A DNA stretch of 42,290 nt, filler included, from Candidatus Woesearchaeota archaeon (GCA_023266675.1; 3 parts of 3 records of this genome joined end to end with filler, not necessarily neighbours in it); one strand, 5' to 3'. Counted from the first letter of the whole stretch, positions 9,203-19,125 are shown. The notes: generated from the letters alone by a model not told the origin. Numbers and translations: made by a program.

Positions 9203-10084
9203 TTAGATAGTTGCGGCTTCAACAATTTTTTCTATATCCTCTACTGTTTTTGCGTCATTTATTTCTGCACGAACAGATGCACCACCAACTATATGCATTG
9301 TCAGCCATGAAAGATTTCTTTTTACTGTTGCAATCTGCGTATCTTTTGATAGAGAAAGAAATTTAAGAATAACTTCTTTTTTTGACGGATACGGTTTTGA
9401 TTTTAATTTCAGGAAAATTGTCGGGTCATTTAATGCTGCGCGACCGATTAATACACCTGAACACGTTGTAACTGAGATTGCTTTGTTAAATGAAGTTATA
9501 TCAGTTACATCTCCGTTAACTACTATTTCAATTCCTTCTATTCCTTTTAAAGGGTCATAATTTGCTGCTTTAACGTACCCTTGTGTTAGTGTTCTTGCAT
9601 GAATATATACTTTGGAGACTCCTGCTTCCTTGATTATATCAATATAACTTTGAAGGTCAGGAAAGTCGACTCCTGTTCTTATTTTTAGGCTTGATTTAAA
9701 CCCGTATTTATTACATGCCTTAAAAAGCTCAGATGAGTACTCCCTCATTTTTATTTTGTCTTTTAAGATTCCACCGCCAATGCATTTCTGTGAAAGTGAG
9801 CTTTGCGGGCACCCCATGTTGAAATTTATTTCTGGAACGTTTGGAAACCTTTTTTTAATAATTTTCAAAAATGGCTCAATGTTTTTAGTGTCTTCAGTTA
9901 TCATCTGAATAATTGTCATTTTTTCGTCATCAATTGCGAGCTTTTTTTCTTCATACTCATTTCCTTCAATTATTCTTTCCGCCCACACCATCTCAGTAAA
10001 GACATAATCTGCTTCATAGACAGTACAGAGCTTTCTAAACGCGTATGTTGAAAGCGAGTTTATTGGTGCAAGGTATAGATCCAT
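9203..10084 (-). CDS. dus: tRNA-dihydrouridine synthase family protein
   Basis: LAP...VFTEMV, catalytic INFNMGCP, SLKIRTG, IHART, VVNGDV, GVLIGRAALNDP; ATG at 10084 preferred as start. Confidence 0.93.
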   Translation of the reverse strand: MDLYLAPINSLSTYAFRKLCTVYEADYVFTEMVWAERIIEGNEYEEKKLAIDDEKMTIIQMITEDTKNIEPFLKIIKKRFPNVPEINFNMGCPQSSLSQKCIGGGILKDKIKMREYSSELFKACNKYGFKSSLKIRTGVDFPDLQSYIDIIKEAGVSKVYIHARTLTQGYVKAANYDPLKGIEGIEIVVNGDVTDITSFNKAISVTTCSGVLIGRAALNDPTIFLKLKSKPYPSKKEVILKFLSLSKDTQIATVKRNLSWLTMHIVGGASVRAEINDAKTVEDIEKIVEAATI

Positions 10085-10107
10085 AAGTTTCAAGAATTTA
10101 AAGTTGA

Positions 10108-10527
10108 TTAAAAAAGTTTGCTTAAATTATTATTATCTGACATAAAAAGTGAGTATTCAATGTCATCCATATTTTTGATATAATCAAGAAATTTTTGTTT
10201 TTTCTCATTATTCCATTCAGTGTTAAAAAGAAATGATGTTTTACATTCGTATAATATGTCGCATGTGCGTAGTTCCTTCTTTGCCTGCTTTGGATGACCG
10301 GGACACCCGATTGTGCCGTCTTTTAACGTTATTAGGTTTCTGCAAAGGCCTGATTGTCGAAGTTTGCCGTCTTGCATGAACGATTTGAGTGATTTCTTGT
10401 GTTTATACTCTAAGTTGTTCTTTTTTATTGACTCGTTAAGCTCTTCTTTTGTGCCAAAATGATGTCCGCAGCATCCAAAGCAGCTTTTGCCGTTTATCCT
10501 GCATAAAGAAACTTGAGTATATTCCAT
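10108..10527 (-). CDS. cysteine-rich putative Zn/Fe-S binding protein (CxxCC, YkgJ-like)
   Basis: C-x6-CFGCC, then CRNL, CPGHP and CDILYEC. Confidence 0.65.
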   Translation of the reverse strand: MEYTQVSLCRINGKSCFGCCGHHFGTKEELNESIKKNNLEYKHKKSLKSFMQDGKLRQSGLCRNLITLKDGTIGCPGHPKQAKKELRTCDILYECKTSFLFNTEWNNEKKQKFLDYIKNMDDIEYSLFMSDNNNLSKLF

Positions 10528-10615
10528 AAGAACAGGATTATTTTGGTTAATATAATATTTTCTTTTAGAAAGGAGTATAACAAAGTTTTTATATGGTATT
10601 GTTTTAAGTTTATTG

Positions 10616-11119
10616 ATGAAGGGAAGAAGCCATATTATAGTAACTTTTGCAATAATGGTTTTTGCCGTTTTTTATCTTTACAATTTTATTTTTGAAGATA
10701 TTAATTTAATTATAGTAGGATTTGGAGTGTTATGCGTGATTATAGGCTCAATTCTTCCTGACGCAGACATTGAAGACGGGAAATCAAAAATATTTTACAT
10801 GTTTTTTCCAATAGCAATCGTTGTAAGGCTTCTTGAGTATCCTTTGGCGTTCATGTTTAATAAACGCGCAAAACACAGAGGGGTTCTTCACTCGCATGTT
10901 GGAATAGTTTTCTCTTCATTGATTGCTGTAATGATTTTGTCAGTTGTTTTATATTTTATCAAAGAATTATCTTTGCTTGTTGTTGTGTATATGTACATAC
11001 TGACTTTTTTATCACAAGAACTTCATTTGTTTGAGGACAAATTCTCAGATAACTGGATTTATATTATTATAATTATAGTACTAGTAATTGTTTCATATTT
11101 TTTTATGAAACCACTTTAA
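10616..11119 (+). CDS. membrane-bound metal-dependent hydrolase (YdjM/YbcI-like)
   Basis: N-terminal His (GRSH), GSILPDAD, HRGVLHS, LHLFED, multiple TM segments. Confidence 0.85.
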   Translation: MKGRSHIIVTFAIMVFAVFYLYNFIFEDINLIIVGFGVLCVIIGSILPDADIEDGKSKIFYMFFPIAIVVRLLEYPLAFMFNKRAKHRGVLHSHVGIVFSSLIAVMILSVVLYFIKELSLLVVVYMYILTFLSQELHLFEDKFSDNWIYIIIIIVLVIVSYFFMKPL

Positions 11120-11166
11120 AGTATATCACAGTCATCTTTTTATACTCTGCAGAATAACTCTGTTTT

Positions 11167-11916
11167 ATGGCAAACTTTTGGGACCTTGTAAATAAAGTAA
11201 TTCGTAATGCGGATATACTTTTGCTTGTTCTTGATTCAAGAATGGCGGAGTCTACAAGAAACCTTGAGATAGAGGACAAGGTGGCTCAGTCTGGTAAGCC
11301 GTTGATTTACGTCCTAAACAAATGCGACCTTGTTGATAAAGAGTACATTGAAAAATACAAAAAAACTCTTCCAAATTCAATATTTGTTTCTGCAAAAGAG
11401 CATCTTGGAACTACAAAACTGCGGCAGAAGATTTTTATAAATGCAAGCAGGTTAAAAATTGATGAGATAAAAGTTGGTGTTCTTGGTTATCCTAATGTCG
11501 GCAAATCATCAATTATTAATGCGCTTAAAGGAAAAGGTTCAACTCCGACAAGTAGTGTGAGCGGTTATACGAAGGCTTTGCAAAATGTGAACGTTGGCGG
11601 AAAAATAACGTTAATTGACACGCCAGGAGTTATTCCTTACAAAGAGCATGATGGTGTGAAGCACAACATGATTGCAACAATTGACCATATCAAGGAAAAA
11701 GACCCTGATGTTGTTGCACAGAAGTTAATGCAGGAGTTTCCAGGAAGCATTGAGCAGTGTTATGGTATGGAAATTATTGACGACAAAGAAGAAACTTTGG
11801 AATTGATTGCAAAAAAATTCAACATGATGCTTAAAGGCAATGAGCCTGATGTGATGCGCGCTGCAAGAAAAATATTATATGACTGGCAAACTGGGAAGAT
11901 AAAGCATAAGTCTTGA
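11167..11916 (+). CDS. circularly permuted ribosome-biogenesis GTPase (YlqF/RbgA family)
   Basis: Motif order G4 NKCD, G5 SAK, G1 GYPNVGKS, G3 DTPG; C-terminal AARKILYDWQTGKI. Confidence 0.93.
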   Translation: MANFWDLVNKVIRNADILLLVLDSRMAESTRNLEIEDKVAQSGKPLIYVLNKCDLVDKEYIEKYKKTLPNSIFVSAKEHLGTTKLRQKIFINASRLKIDEIKVGVLGYPNVGKSSIINALKGKGSTPTSSVSGYTKALQNVNVGGKITLIDTPGVIPYKEHDGVKHNMIATIDHIKEKDPDVVAQKLMQEFPGSIEQCYGMEIIDDKEETLELIAKKFNMMLKGNEPDVMRAARKILYDWQTGKIKHKS

Positions 11917-11963
11917 TTTCTTAAACTAAAATGTTATAAATAGATTAAAGATAACTTCTTTTT

Positions 11964-12800
11964 ATGATTCGAAAAGTTTTATTTGCAGAGAAAAGCGTTC
12001 CAACAATAGAAGGCGCTGGAGTTAGATTAAACCGCGTATTTGGTAACGGCAATGAAGAAGTTACTGACCCTTTTTTACTTCTTGATCATTTTAAAAGCAT
12101 GAATTCTGATGATTATATCGCCGGGTTTCCATGGCATCCTCATCGTGGAATTGAAACAGTCACTTACATGATTTCAGGAAAAGTCAGTCATGAGGATAAT
12201 TTGGGAAATAAAGGTGTTATAAATGCTGGCGACGTTCAGTGGATGACTGCGGGTAGCGGGATAATACACCAGGAAATGCCTATTAAAACTAAAGAGGAAA
12301 ATCATGGTTTTCAGCTTTGGGTGAATCTTCCAAAGAAAAACAAGATGATGAAGCCAAGATACAGAGGGATAGAGGCAAAGGATATTCCTCTTGTTAAAAT
12401 TAGTGAAGGCGTTGAAGCAAAAGTGATTAGTGGAGAAGTAAAAAGTATTAAAGGTCCTGTCAAAGATTTGATTGTTCCAATAGAATACTTTGATGTATCA
12501 GTTAAAAAAGGAAAAGATTTTTCCTGCAAAACAATAAAAGATAATTCTGTTTTTTTATACGTGCATCAGGGAAAAGTTATGGTTAACGGGTCAGAGCATG
12601 GCGAGAAAACGCTTCTTATTTTTGATGATGGTGAAGAAGTAAAAGTTGAGGGAGTCACTGATTCTAAATTCATATTTGTTTCCGGAAAAAAATTGAGAGA
12701 GCCAATTGCGTGGTATGGCCCTATTGTTATGAATACTGAGGAAGAGATTAAAACAGCTTTTGAAGAATACCGAAATGGAACGTTTATCAAAAAGGACTAG
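11964..12800 (+). CDS. pirin family protein
   Basis: DPFLLLD, GFPWHPHRGIETVTY, QWMTAGSGIIHQE, FQLWVNLP, YGPIVMNT. Confidence 0.97.
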   Translation: MIRKVLFAEKSVPTIEGAGVRLNRVFGNGNEEVTDPFLLLDHFKSMNSDDYIAGFPWHPHRGIETVTYMISGKVSHEDNLGNKGVINAGDVQWMTAGSGIIHQEMPIKTKEENHGFQLWVNLPKKNKMMKPRYRGIEAKDIPLVKISEGVEAKVISGEVKSIKGPVKDLIVPIEYFDVSVKKGKDFSCKTIKDNSVFLYVHQGKVMVNGSEHGEKTLLIFDDGEEVKVEGVTDSKFIFVSGKKLREPIAWYGPIVMNTEEEIKTAFEEYRNGTFIKKD

Positions 12801-13200
12801 ATTTACTGTATATGCAATCGAATCCTTCATATTCCACGGTTCCTATTGCTCCACTTACACCGTCGGGACTTACATACGTAATATCTTTAATCTGAAAACC
12901 ATTTAATCCTAACTGAGCTAATCGTCTTTTTATTCCCTCAACAGCTTTACCATATTTATTGGTTTCACATGGTATCTCTCCAGTATATTTTAAAGACTGA
13001 GTCTTAGAATTATCCCTTATTAATACAGATTCATTTGTTCCTTTTATGAGTTTAAATTCTCCATCCGGAGAGTCTTCAAGTTCATGAATTGAACTTTCTA
13101 AATTATCTGATATTATATTTCCTGCACTTACAATTTGGTCAATGCCAAGTGTTGGGATACCATCAATATTGCCTGTAACTGGAAATTGATTGAAATTCAT
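12787..13200 (-). CDS. hypothetical protein
   Basis: Start reassigned to ATG 13200, which has an AGGTGAT SD and TATA at 13233-13240; 14-nt tail-to-tail overlap with pirin. Confidence 0.65.
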   Translation of the reverse strand: MNFNQFPVTGNIDGIPTLGIDQIVSAGNIISDNLESSIHELEDSPDGEFKLIKGTNESVLIRDNSKTQSLKYTGEIPCETNKYGKAVEGIKRRLAQLGLNGFQIKDITYVSPDGVSGAIGTVEYEGFDCIYSKSSPF

Positions 13201-13306
13201 TATATCACCTGCAATGAGGATAATGAAAAATATATATAAATCTATCACTTTTTTACTACTATAAAATTTATATTAGGTAAATTATAATTTATCAGAAAGA
13301 GAATTA

Positions 13307-14044
13307 CTAAAAATCGTTTAGTCCCATCTGGCTTTTTTTATAAGTCTCAAGTCTTTTTGGCGGATTCACAGAGACAAATTTAAAACCCCAGTCGTCAAGC
13401 ATTTTTAGCGCATTTGGAGAGATTTTTGGAGCTGCAATTATTCCATGAACTGTTTTTAGTCCGCGAAGGGATTTTATCTTTTCAACATACCGTCGTAATT
13501 GTGTTACGGCGTCAGGTCCTGCTGTATATCTCTTGCACTCTATGACTACAAGTTCGCCTTTTTTGTTGTAACCAAAGACATCGATAAATCCGTATTTTGT
13601 GTGCTCTTCTCTTGCTAAAGGTTTAAAATCTTTTGAAATTAATGAAGGGTTGTCATATATCATGTCGCTCATATCTTTTTCGCTTCCTTCAAGATGTATT
13701 TTTTGACCATCTTCAAGCCGCTGTGATATAAAATTATGAATAAGATAGATTTCAATCTGAAGTGAATCCTTGTGTTTCTGGTTGTAGGATTTTATGAACG
13801 CATGATTATCTTTGTTGTCTATCTCAATTGATGAGCCTTCCTTCATGTAGTTTACAGGCACCGAACCATTTGGCTGATGAACAAGAATTGTGTTGTCTGA
13901 TTTTATGATTATTATTCTGTCCCCAGTTGGCAAATGCGCTTCTGCGCGTCCTGAGTATTTTATTTCGCAGCTGCAAAAGAATGCCATGCACTCATTTGAG
14001 GACAATGATTTTTTTGCTTTTTGTATAAAATCGTCAGACTGCAT
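13307..14044 (-). CDS. nucS: endonuclease NucS/EndoMS
   Basis: YSGRA, DRIIIIKSDNTILVH, PVNY, SEKDM, G-x-ID-(x)n-IECKR, QLRRY, GIIAAP. Confidence 0.95.
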   Translation of the reverse strand: MQSDDFIQKAKKSLSSNECMAFFCSCEIKYSGRAEAHLPTGDRIIIIKSDNTILVHQPNGSVPVNYMKEGSSIEIDNKDNHAFIKSYNQKHKDSLQIEIYLIHNFISQRLEDGQKIHLEGSEKDMSDMIYDNPSLISKDFKPLAREEHTKYGFIDVFGYNKKGELVVIECKRYTAGPDAVTQLRRYVEKIKSLRGLKTVHGIIAAPKISPNALKMLDDWGFKFVSVNPPKRLETYKKSQMGLNDF

Positions 14045-14230
14045 AATATTCAAAGAATAGGAAGTTATTAAAAATGTTTTTGTTTGGAAGATGGTGAAGG
14101 AAGATTAGACAAGTTTTGTAATATGTAATCTAATTATTGGTTATATCTGTGCAGGTTACATACTCAGTATGAATAGATAGTATGTCATTAATATATAGCA
14201 CTACCTTGTCTGAATTATGAATTATAATTT

Positions 14231-14401
14231 TCAAGGTGATCCCTCCAAACAGATCGCTTGTGTGTAGGTAGATGTGCCGCGATACCCTGCTACTGCCATC
14301 GCGTCATAAAGGGTGCAGACACTGTTATATGTCGAGCCGGCAGAAGAATTAACTACTAGCAGTGTTCCCGCAGTAACTGTAGTACCGTCGATTGCGATAC
14401 G
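14231..14401 (-). CDS. C-terminal fragment of a Thr/Ser-rich (probably surface) protein cut by the contig end
   Basis: Open frame RIAIDGTTVTAGTLLVVNSSAGSTYNSVC...QAICLEGSP* runs from the N gap and is higher in GC than its flanks. Confidence 0.5.
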   Translation of the reverse strand, partial: RIAIDGTTVTAGTLLVVNSSAGSTYNSVCTLYDAMAVAGYRGTSTYTQAICLEGSP

Positions 14402-14403
14402 AA

Positions 14404-14503
14404 NNNNNNNNNNNNNNNNNNNNNNNNNNNNNNNNNNNNNNNNNNNNTTAATTAATTAANNNNNNNNNNNNNNNNNNNNNNNNNNNNNNNNNNNNNNNNN
14501 NNN
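14404..14503. other. artificial contig spacer
   Basis: 100 nt: N44-TTAATTAATTAA-N44, with stops in all frames. Confidence 0.95.
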
Positions 14504-14669
14504 TACGGGGTCCCAATATTTTCAGATAATAATAAAAAGAAGATAAAACAAAAGATTTCACAGATAAAGACTCATCCTCAAAAAGACATTGCAGAGTTTA
14601 TATAAACTAAAGTTTTATACCTGTCCATAGATAGATTTATAAAAAAAAGAGTTTCAAATTAATAATATC

Positions 14670-15866
14670 ATGATAATAACTCACGGAAATTTTGGATATG
14701 ACAGCAAGAAAATAGAGCAGAAAATAAAAAAAATATCAAAATTGGAAGAGCCGGAATTTGCACGCTATCTGCCTGACACTCCTTTTTTTAAAAAAGCATT
14801 GAATAAATATACGGGAATAAGAAATGTAATCGTTCTTGGTCACGGCGGGTCTATAACAACAACACAAGGGTTCTATGGTGCATTAAAAAAAGAAGGCAAA
14901 AAATTATACATAATAGACACTCCTGAACCAGATTTTATAAATGATGTTAAGCATGCATGTAAAAAAAATAATAGTATTGTAATCGTTGTTTCCAAATCAG
15001 GGTCAACCGTGGATATCCTTGAAGTCATGATGGACTTTTTGGATTATAGGCTAATAGTAATAACCAATCCTGAAGAAGGAGCGCTTTTGCAGGTAGCAAA
15101 AATATTAAAAGCGCAAATGATAGAGCATCCTCCTCTTGGTGGACGGTTCTCCGGATTCACTTCAAGCGCGCTTGTTCCGTGTGCGCTTCTTGGTATGGAC
15201 ATTGAAAAAATTTGTCAAGGCGCAAAAGATATGTATAAACGATGTTCCTTTGATAAGGGGGTAAGAGACAATCCCGCGCTTGGCATAGCAGTAAATCTAT
15301 TTTTAGCTGATAATAATGGAAAAAATGAGATATTTGCGCCAATATACTCTAAAAAAATGCTTGAATTCTCAAATTTATTGATTCAGCTTCTCCATGAAAG
15401 CAGCTGCAAGGAAGGCAAAGGACAGACGATTTACGTTTCTTCAGCGCCTGAATCACAGCATCATACTAACCAAAGGTTTTTTGGTGGAAGAAAGAATGTC
15501 TGCGGTGTTTTTATAACGACAGAGCCAAAAATACAAAAAAATGACAAACTCATAAAGATACCTCAAAAATTAAGGAATATTCCATTAAGAGATGGGGAGT
15601 TAAAATCTTTGGGCGCCAATAAATATTCTGATGTTTTGCTGTTTGAATACCTTGGGGTTTTATCACATGCCAAAAAGGCAAAGATACCAAATATTGAGAT
15701 AAAAATGGAGAAGTGTGATGAGTATGAGCTTGGAGCATTTGTGGCTCTTTGGCATTATATTGCTGTCTATGCATCACTTCTTCGCGATGTTAATCCATTT
15801 GATCAGCCTGAAGTTGAATATTCAAAGAATATAAGCTTTGAAATGAGAAAGAAAAAGAAGAAATAA
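14670..15866 (+). CDS. pgi: glucose-6-phosphate isomerase (PGI superfamily)
   Basis: LGHGGS, VSKSGST, GGRFS, QLLHES, SQHH, VNPFDQPEVEYSK. Confidence 0.9.
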   Translation: MIITHGNFGYDSKKIEQKIKKISKLEEPEFARYLPDTPFFKKALNKYTGIRNVIVLGHGGSITTTQGFYGALKKEGKKLYIIDTPEPDFINDVKHACKKNNSIVIVVSKSGSTVDILEVMMDFLDYRLIVITNPEEGALLQVAKILKAQMIEHPPLGGRFSGFTSSALVPCALLGMDIEKICQGAKDMYKRCSFDKGVRDNPALGIAVNLFLADNNGKNEIFAPIYSKKMLEFSNLLIQLLHESSCKEGKGQTIYVSSAPESQHHTNQRFFGGRKNVCGVFITTEPKIQKNDKLIKIPQKLRNIPLRDGELKSLGANKYSDVLLFEYLGVLSHAKKAKIPNIEIKMEKCDEYELGAFVALWHYIAVYASLLRDVNPFDQPEVEYSKNISFEMRKKKKK

Positions 15867-15907
15867 TTAACAATAATAATTTCTTAAATATAAATTATTT
15901 TAAAAGT

Positions 15908-16696
15908 TTATCCTATATAATTAACTCGAGACGGATTATCTTTGTCTTTCTTTGATGAACCGGACGAATTTATTTCTTCGTCTTTCTTCATTTCTTTGTC
16001 AAGCGCAGCTATTTCCTTGTCAAGCTTTTTTATGTTTATTTTAAGGCCTAATTTTTTGTCAAGAACATAGAGTGTTTCTTTTGCGCCTTTAACTCCTAGA
16101 TACATTGGGTGTCCAAGCGTTTCTGCAAGTAGCGATATTGCTTTAATCTTCTTTTTTTCTGATATACCAACTAAAAGCCCTGATACACCAACTATTGGAC
16201 CGACAAATCCATAAACCTGTGTGTTTATATTTGTTCCTTCTTTATATTTTTTTATTAATTCGTGGGAGTTTCCTGTGCAAAACACTCTGGCTTTTTTTGG
16301 CACTTCGCCAAGGCCAATGCCGCCAAGCGTGATTATCTCCGAAACTTTATATCCCACCGATAACTCTGCTAGCTCTTCACAGAATTCATAGCATGATTCC
16401 TCATCAATTGGTTGAACATCACCTGTCAATAAAATTAGGTCTTTATTGTTTTTTAAGTGTTTATAATACATCTCGATCTTTGGAAGTTCAACGAGATTTT
16501 CCTCATTTACAAAGACAGAGTTCGGCATAGAGTGGCCGGATATTTCGTATAGTTTTACGGCTTTCAATTCTTCAATCATGAAGTCAACAACAATTTTTCC
16601 AACATTGCCTATGCCGGGTAGACCAACAATTAGAATAGGATTTTTTAAAAAAGGCTTTTTTGAAGATAACTCAAAATTCCAGTTATTATTTTTCAT
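15908..16696 (-). CDS. proteasome assembly chaperone PAC2 family protein
   Basis: GLPGIGNVGKI, LTGDVQP, IITLGG, GPIVGVSGLL, C-terminal YIG; conserved position after nop10. Confidence 0.92.
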   Translation of the reverse strand: MKNNNWNFELSSKKPFLKNPILIVGLPGIGNVGKIVVDFMIEELKAVKLYEISGHSMPNSVFVNEENLVELPKIEMYYKHLKNNKDLILLTGDVQPIDEESCYEFCEELAELSVGYKVSEIITLGGIGLGEVPKKARVFCTGNSHELIKKYKEGTNINTQVYGFVGPIVGVSGLLVGISEKKKIKAISLLAETLGHPMYLGVKGAKETLYVLDKKLGLKINIKKLDKEIAALDKEMKKDEEINSSGSSKKDKDNPSRVNYIG

Positions 16697-16870
16697 TTAA
16701 ACCAATCCTTCTTTTTTTAACTCTTCTTTTTTTGCTATTCTCCTATATTTTCCATATGCATCTTCAGGAGAATATTTCTGGGGTTTTGGATTAACGGCTT
16801 TTCCGCCGCATAAACATTTTTGAGTTATAAGGTATTTTTTGCAATTTTCACATTTTAAGATGTGTCTCAT
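16697..16870 (-). CDS. nop10: H/ACA RNP protein Nop10
   Basis: Manually translated 57 aa: MRHILKCENCKKYLITQKCLCGGKAVNPKPQKYSPEDAYGKYRR..., lying between aIF2alpha and PAC2. Confidence 0.93.
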   Translation of the reverse strand: MRHILKCENCKKYLITQKCLCGGKAVNPKPQKYSPEDAYGKYRRIAKKEELKKEGLV

Positions 16871-16871
16871 C

Positions 16872-17648
16872 TTATTCTATCCTCAAAAATTCACCAAGAC
16901 CATCGGATTTTTCAATATAAGATATTGCGGTCGTGTACGCTTTTTTTAGTATGTCTTCTGCTTCTTTGTACTCGTTGGCTTTTACTATCATTCTATACTT
17001 TCCGCCGCCTTCATATATTATTTCAAGCTTGTCGCTTGTTTTTTCTGCGGATTCAAGAGCATGTTTGATTAATTCAACGCCATTTTGTGAATATGATTCA
17101 AGTTTTAAGTCTCCCTTTATCTCAACTTCCTGAGGCTTTATTCTCTGTCTTATTATCTCTTCAAGCTTCTTGTTTATCTTTTCGTCAAGTCCAAGTGTTT
17201 CAATTGAAATTTCTCCTTCAACAAATCCTTTGAATGCAGGGTAGATAGAGTCATATTGGTCTTTTATCTTTGAAAGTATTGTGCCTATTATGGTGTTCTT
17301 GTCTGTTTTAGTCTCTTTTGCCACAAATTCAATGATTTTCTCTGCCAATTGTTCTTGCTTTAGCCAGTTGACTTTTGCACGCCTTTGGGCTTCAGAAACC
17401 CGTCTTAATGATAAATCTATATGTCCTCTCTGTGTATCAACTCTAAGGACTTTGCATACAATCATTTTGCCTTCTTCGACAAAATCTCTTAGGTTTCTGA
17501 TCCTTCCTGGGCTTATCTCAGAAATATGTATCATTCCTTGCTTGTCATATTCGTTAAGCTGGACTAGAACTGAGTTAAACTGTATCTTTGTTACATTACA
17601 GAGCACTATATCTGACTCTTGCGGCAAACCTGACTTTTGTATAAGCAT
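16872..17648 (-). CDS. eif2a: translation initiation factor aIF-2 alpha subunit
   Basis: S1 domain GMIHISEISPGRIRN, KVLRVDTQRGHIDLSLRRV; conserved gene order. Confidence 0.96.
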   Translation of the reverse strand: MLIQKSGLPQESDIVLCNVTKIQFNSVLVQLNEYDKQGMIHISEISPGRIRNLRDFVEEGKMIVCKVLRVDTQRGHIDLSLRRVSEAQRRAKVNWLKQEQLAEKIIEFVAKETKTDKNTIIGTILSKIKDQYDSIYPAFKGFVEGEISIETLGLDEKINKKLEEIIRQRIKPQEVEIKGDLKLESYSQNGVELIKHALESAEKTSDKLEIIYEGGGKYRMIVKANEYKEAEDILKKAYTTAISYIEKSDGLGEFLRIE

Positions 17649-17837
17649 TTATTCGAGTACCTCTAGCACTCTTCCTTTTACTCTTGATTTTCCACCTGTT
17701 GGTGTAGCAAGTGATTTTCCGCATACAAGGCAGTTTATCTCTGTAGCTGTTTTGCCGAATATTATCTGTTCATTTTTACATTTTGAGCATCTTGTTTTTA
17801 TAAACTTTGATGTCGGTTCTTTTATTATGTCTCCCAT
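17649..17837 (-). CDS. rps27e: 30S ribosomal protein S27e
   Basis: SKFIKTRCSKCKNEQIIF...CLVCGKSLATPTGGK; GGAGG SD. Confidence 0.97.
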   Translation of the reverse strand: MGDIIKEPTSKFIKTRCSKCKNEQIIFGKTATEINCLVCGKSLATPTGGKSRVKGRVLEVLE

Positions 17838-17969
17838 TTTTTTATTCCTCCTGTTTTACTCGGAAAAAAATTGAGGCTTGAAAATTGTTTTCTAAATTTT
17901 CATTGTGTTGCTTTTTAGCAACTTTTGAAAATCTTAAATTTTCATTGTCTCCCATTTTTTTATTCCTCC
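17828..17969. repeat. multi-hairpin insert flanked by a perfect 24-bp direct repeat
   Basis: TGTCTCCCATTTTTTTATTCCTCC at 17828-17851 and 17946-17969; three internal hairpins. Confidence 0.8.
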
Positions 17970-18107
17970 ATATTAACTTGATTCTTTTGACAAAATGATA
18001 GGTTTAGGAATCATGCCTGATTTAAAAATGTTTAGTTTTGAATCCACTATTTTTATGACGATTAAGATATAAAAAATGAATATATTAATAAAAAATTGTA
18101 AAGAAAT

Positions 18108-18422
18108 TTAGACTATCTCTACTTTTCTTGCCCGCTTGCCGCCTTTTGATGATCCTTGGGTTTTTTTGCAAACAGTACATTGATATCTAAAATCAGTTTT
18201 CTTGGATGTTTTTGCGCCGGTTCTCTTGAATTTTGAGACTGCTGGTTTTGAACCGTATTTTCCTAGGTTTCCAAATCCTTTTCCAAATCCAGACCTTATT
18301 TTCTGTGATTTAGCTAGAGGATGCGCGGATCCTGGTGTTCTTCTTTTAGCCTGTGAAACTTTCTGGTCAGTGTGTGTTTTGCATTTAGGGCAGTATCGTT
18401 TGATTTGTTTTGGAATCTTCAT
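18108..18422 (-). CDS. rpl44e: 50S ribosomal protein L44e
   Basis: MKIPKQIKRYCPKCKTHT, KTSKKTDFRYQCTVCKK. Confidence 0.96.
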   Translation of the reverse strand: MKIPKQIKRYCPKCKTHTDQKVSQAKRRTPGSAHPLAKSQKIRSGFGKGFGNLGKYGSKPAVSKFKRTGAKTSKKTDFRYQCTVCKKTQGSSKGGKRARKVEIV

Positions 18423-18530
18423 AGCTTCTAGAAAAAGGTGGCTATTTATAAATTTAACGGTGGAGCAAGGTAATGAAATAAAAAATAAATTTCGCTTATA
18501 CTTTATATATTACTTCAAAGTTACTCTTGT

Positions 18531-19073
18531 ATGGTAGACATAAGTGATTATCTTCCGGACGGGCAATTAAATTTATTTGAAAATGATAAATTGTTATCTT
18601 ATGAGTCACCTTATGATCATTTTAAAGACAGATATACTCTTTCAGATTTATTTTTCTTATGGGCAAATGATATGGAAATAAGTGTTGTATCACGATTATC
18701 ACATATAACATTTGGGGAAGACCTCTATGAAAATGGTCGTATAGAGATAGGGAAAAAAGGATATCTATCAGATGTTGTTTATTATAATAGGCTTAATGGA
18801 AGGTTTAGGCGTTATGTCATCTGTGTAGACTGGGAGGTTGGGGGGCGAGTGTTTGCAGATTATGTACAGGGTTTGGAGCCAAGGCATGATTCTTCTGATG
18901 AAGAGGATGATGTAGACATAATCGGGTTAGAAGAATTATTTTCTATACACAAAATAGTTCCTTTAAAACTAAATAATAATAAAGAGCGTATGATTCATGA
19001 TTATTCTTATGATTTATTTCCTGAAGAATTAGAAGCCACATTTAAAAAAGAATTAAATGACTTACCATTTTGA
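18531..19073 (+). CDS. hypothetical protein
   Basis: 180-aa acidic ORF with TTTATATA about 22 nt upstream. Confidence 0.7.
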   Translation: MVDISDYLPDGQLNLFENDKLLSYESPYDHFKDRYTLSDLFFLWANDMEISVVSRLSHITFGEDLYENGRIEIGKKGYLSDVVYYNRLNGRFRRYVICVDWEVGGRVFADYVQGLEPRHDSSDEEDDVDIIGLEELFSIHKIVPLKLNNNKERMIHDYSYDLFPEELEATFKKELNDLPF

Positions 19074-19125
19074 GATAATATCTTTATCTATTCAGATTTA
19101 AGTTCTTCAGCTATTTCATTTTTCA

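Noticed and set aside
14448..14459. TTAATTAATTAA palindrome within N runs (also at 28421-28432)
   Set aside because: Identical 100-nt artificial contig linkers. They are not biological, and gene adjacency across them (e.g. patatin-CDC48) is meaningless.
14504..14514. GACCCCGTA at the contig end on the minus strand, resembling a tRNA 5' end
   Set aside because: Only about 10 nt before the gap, too short to support a call.
17974..18015. Tiny ORF MIPKPIILSKESS between rpl44e and rps27e (approximate coordinates)
   Set aside because: Thirteen codons with no clear SD or homology; expected by chance.
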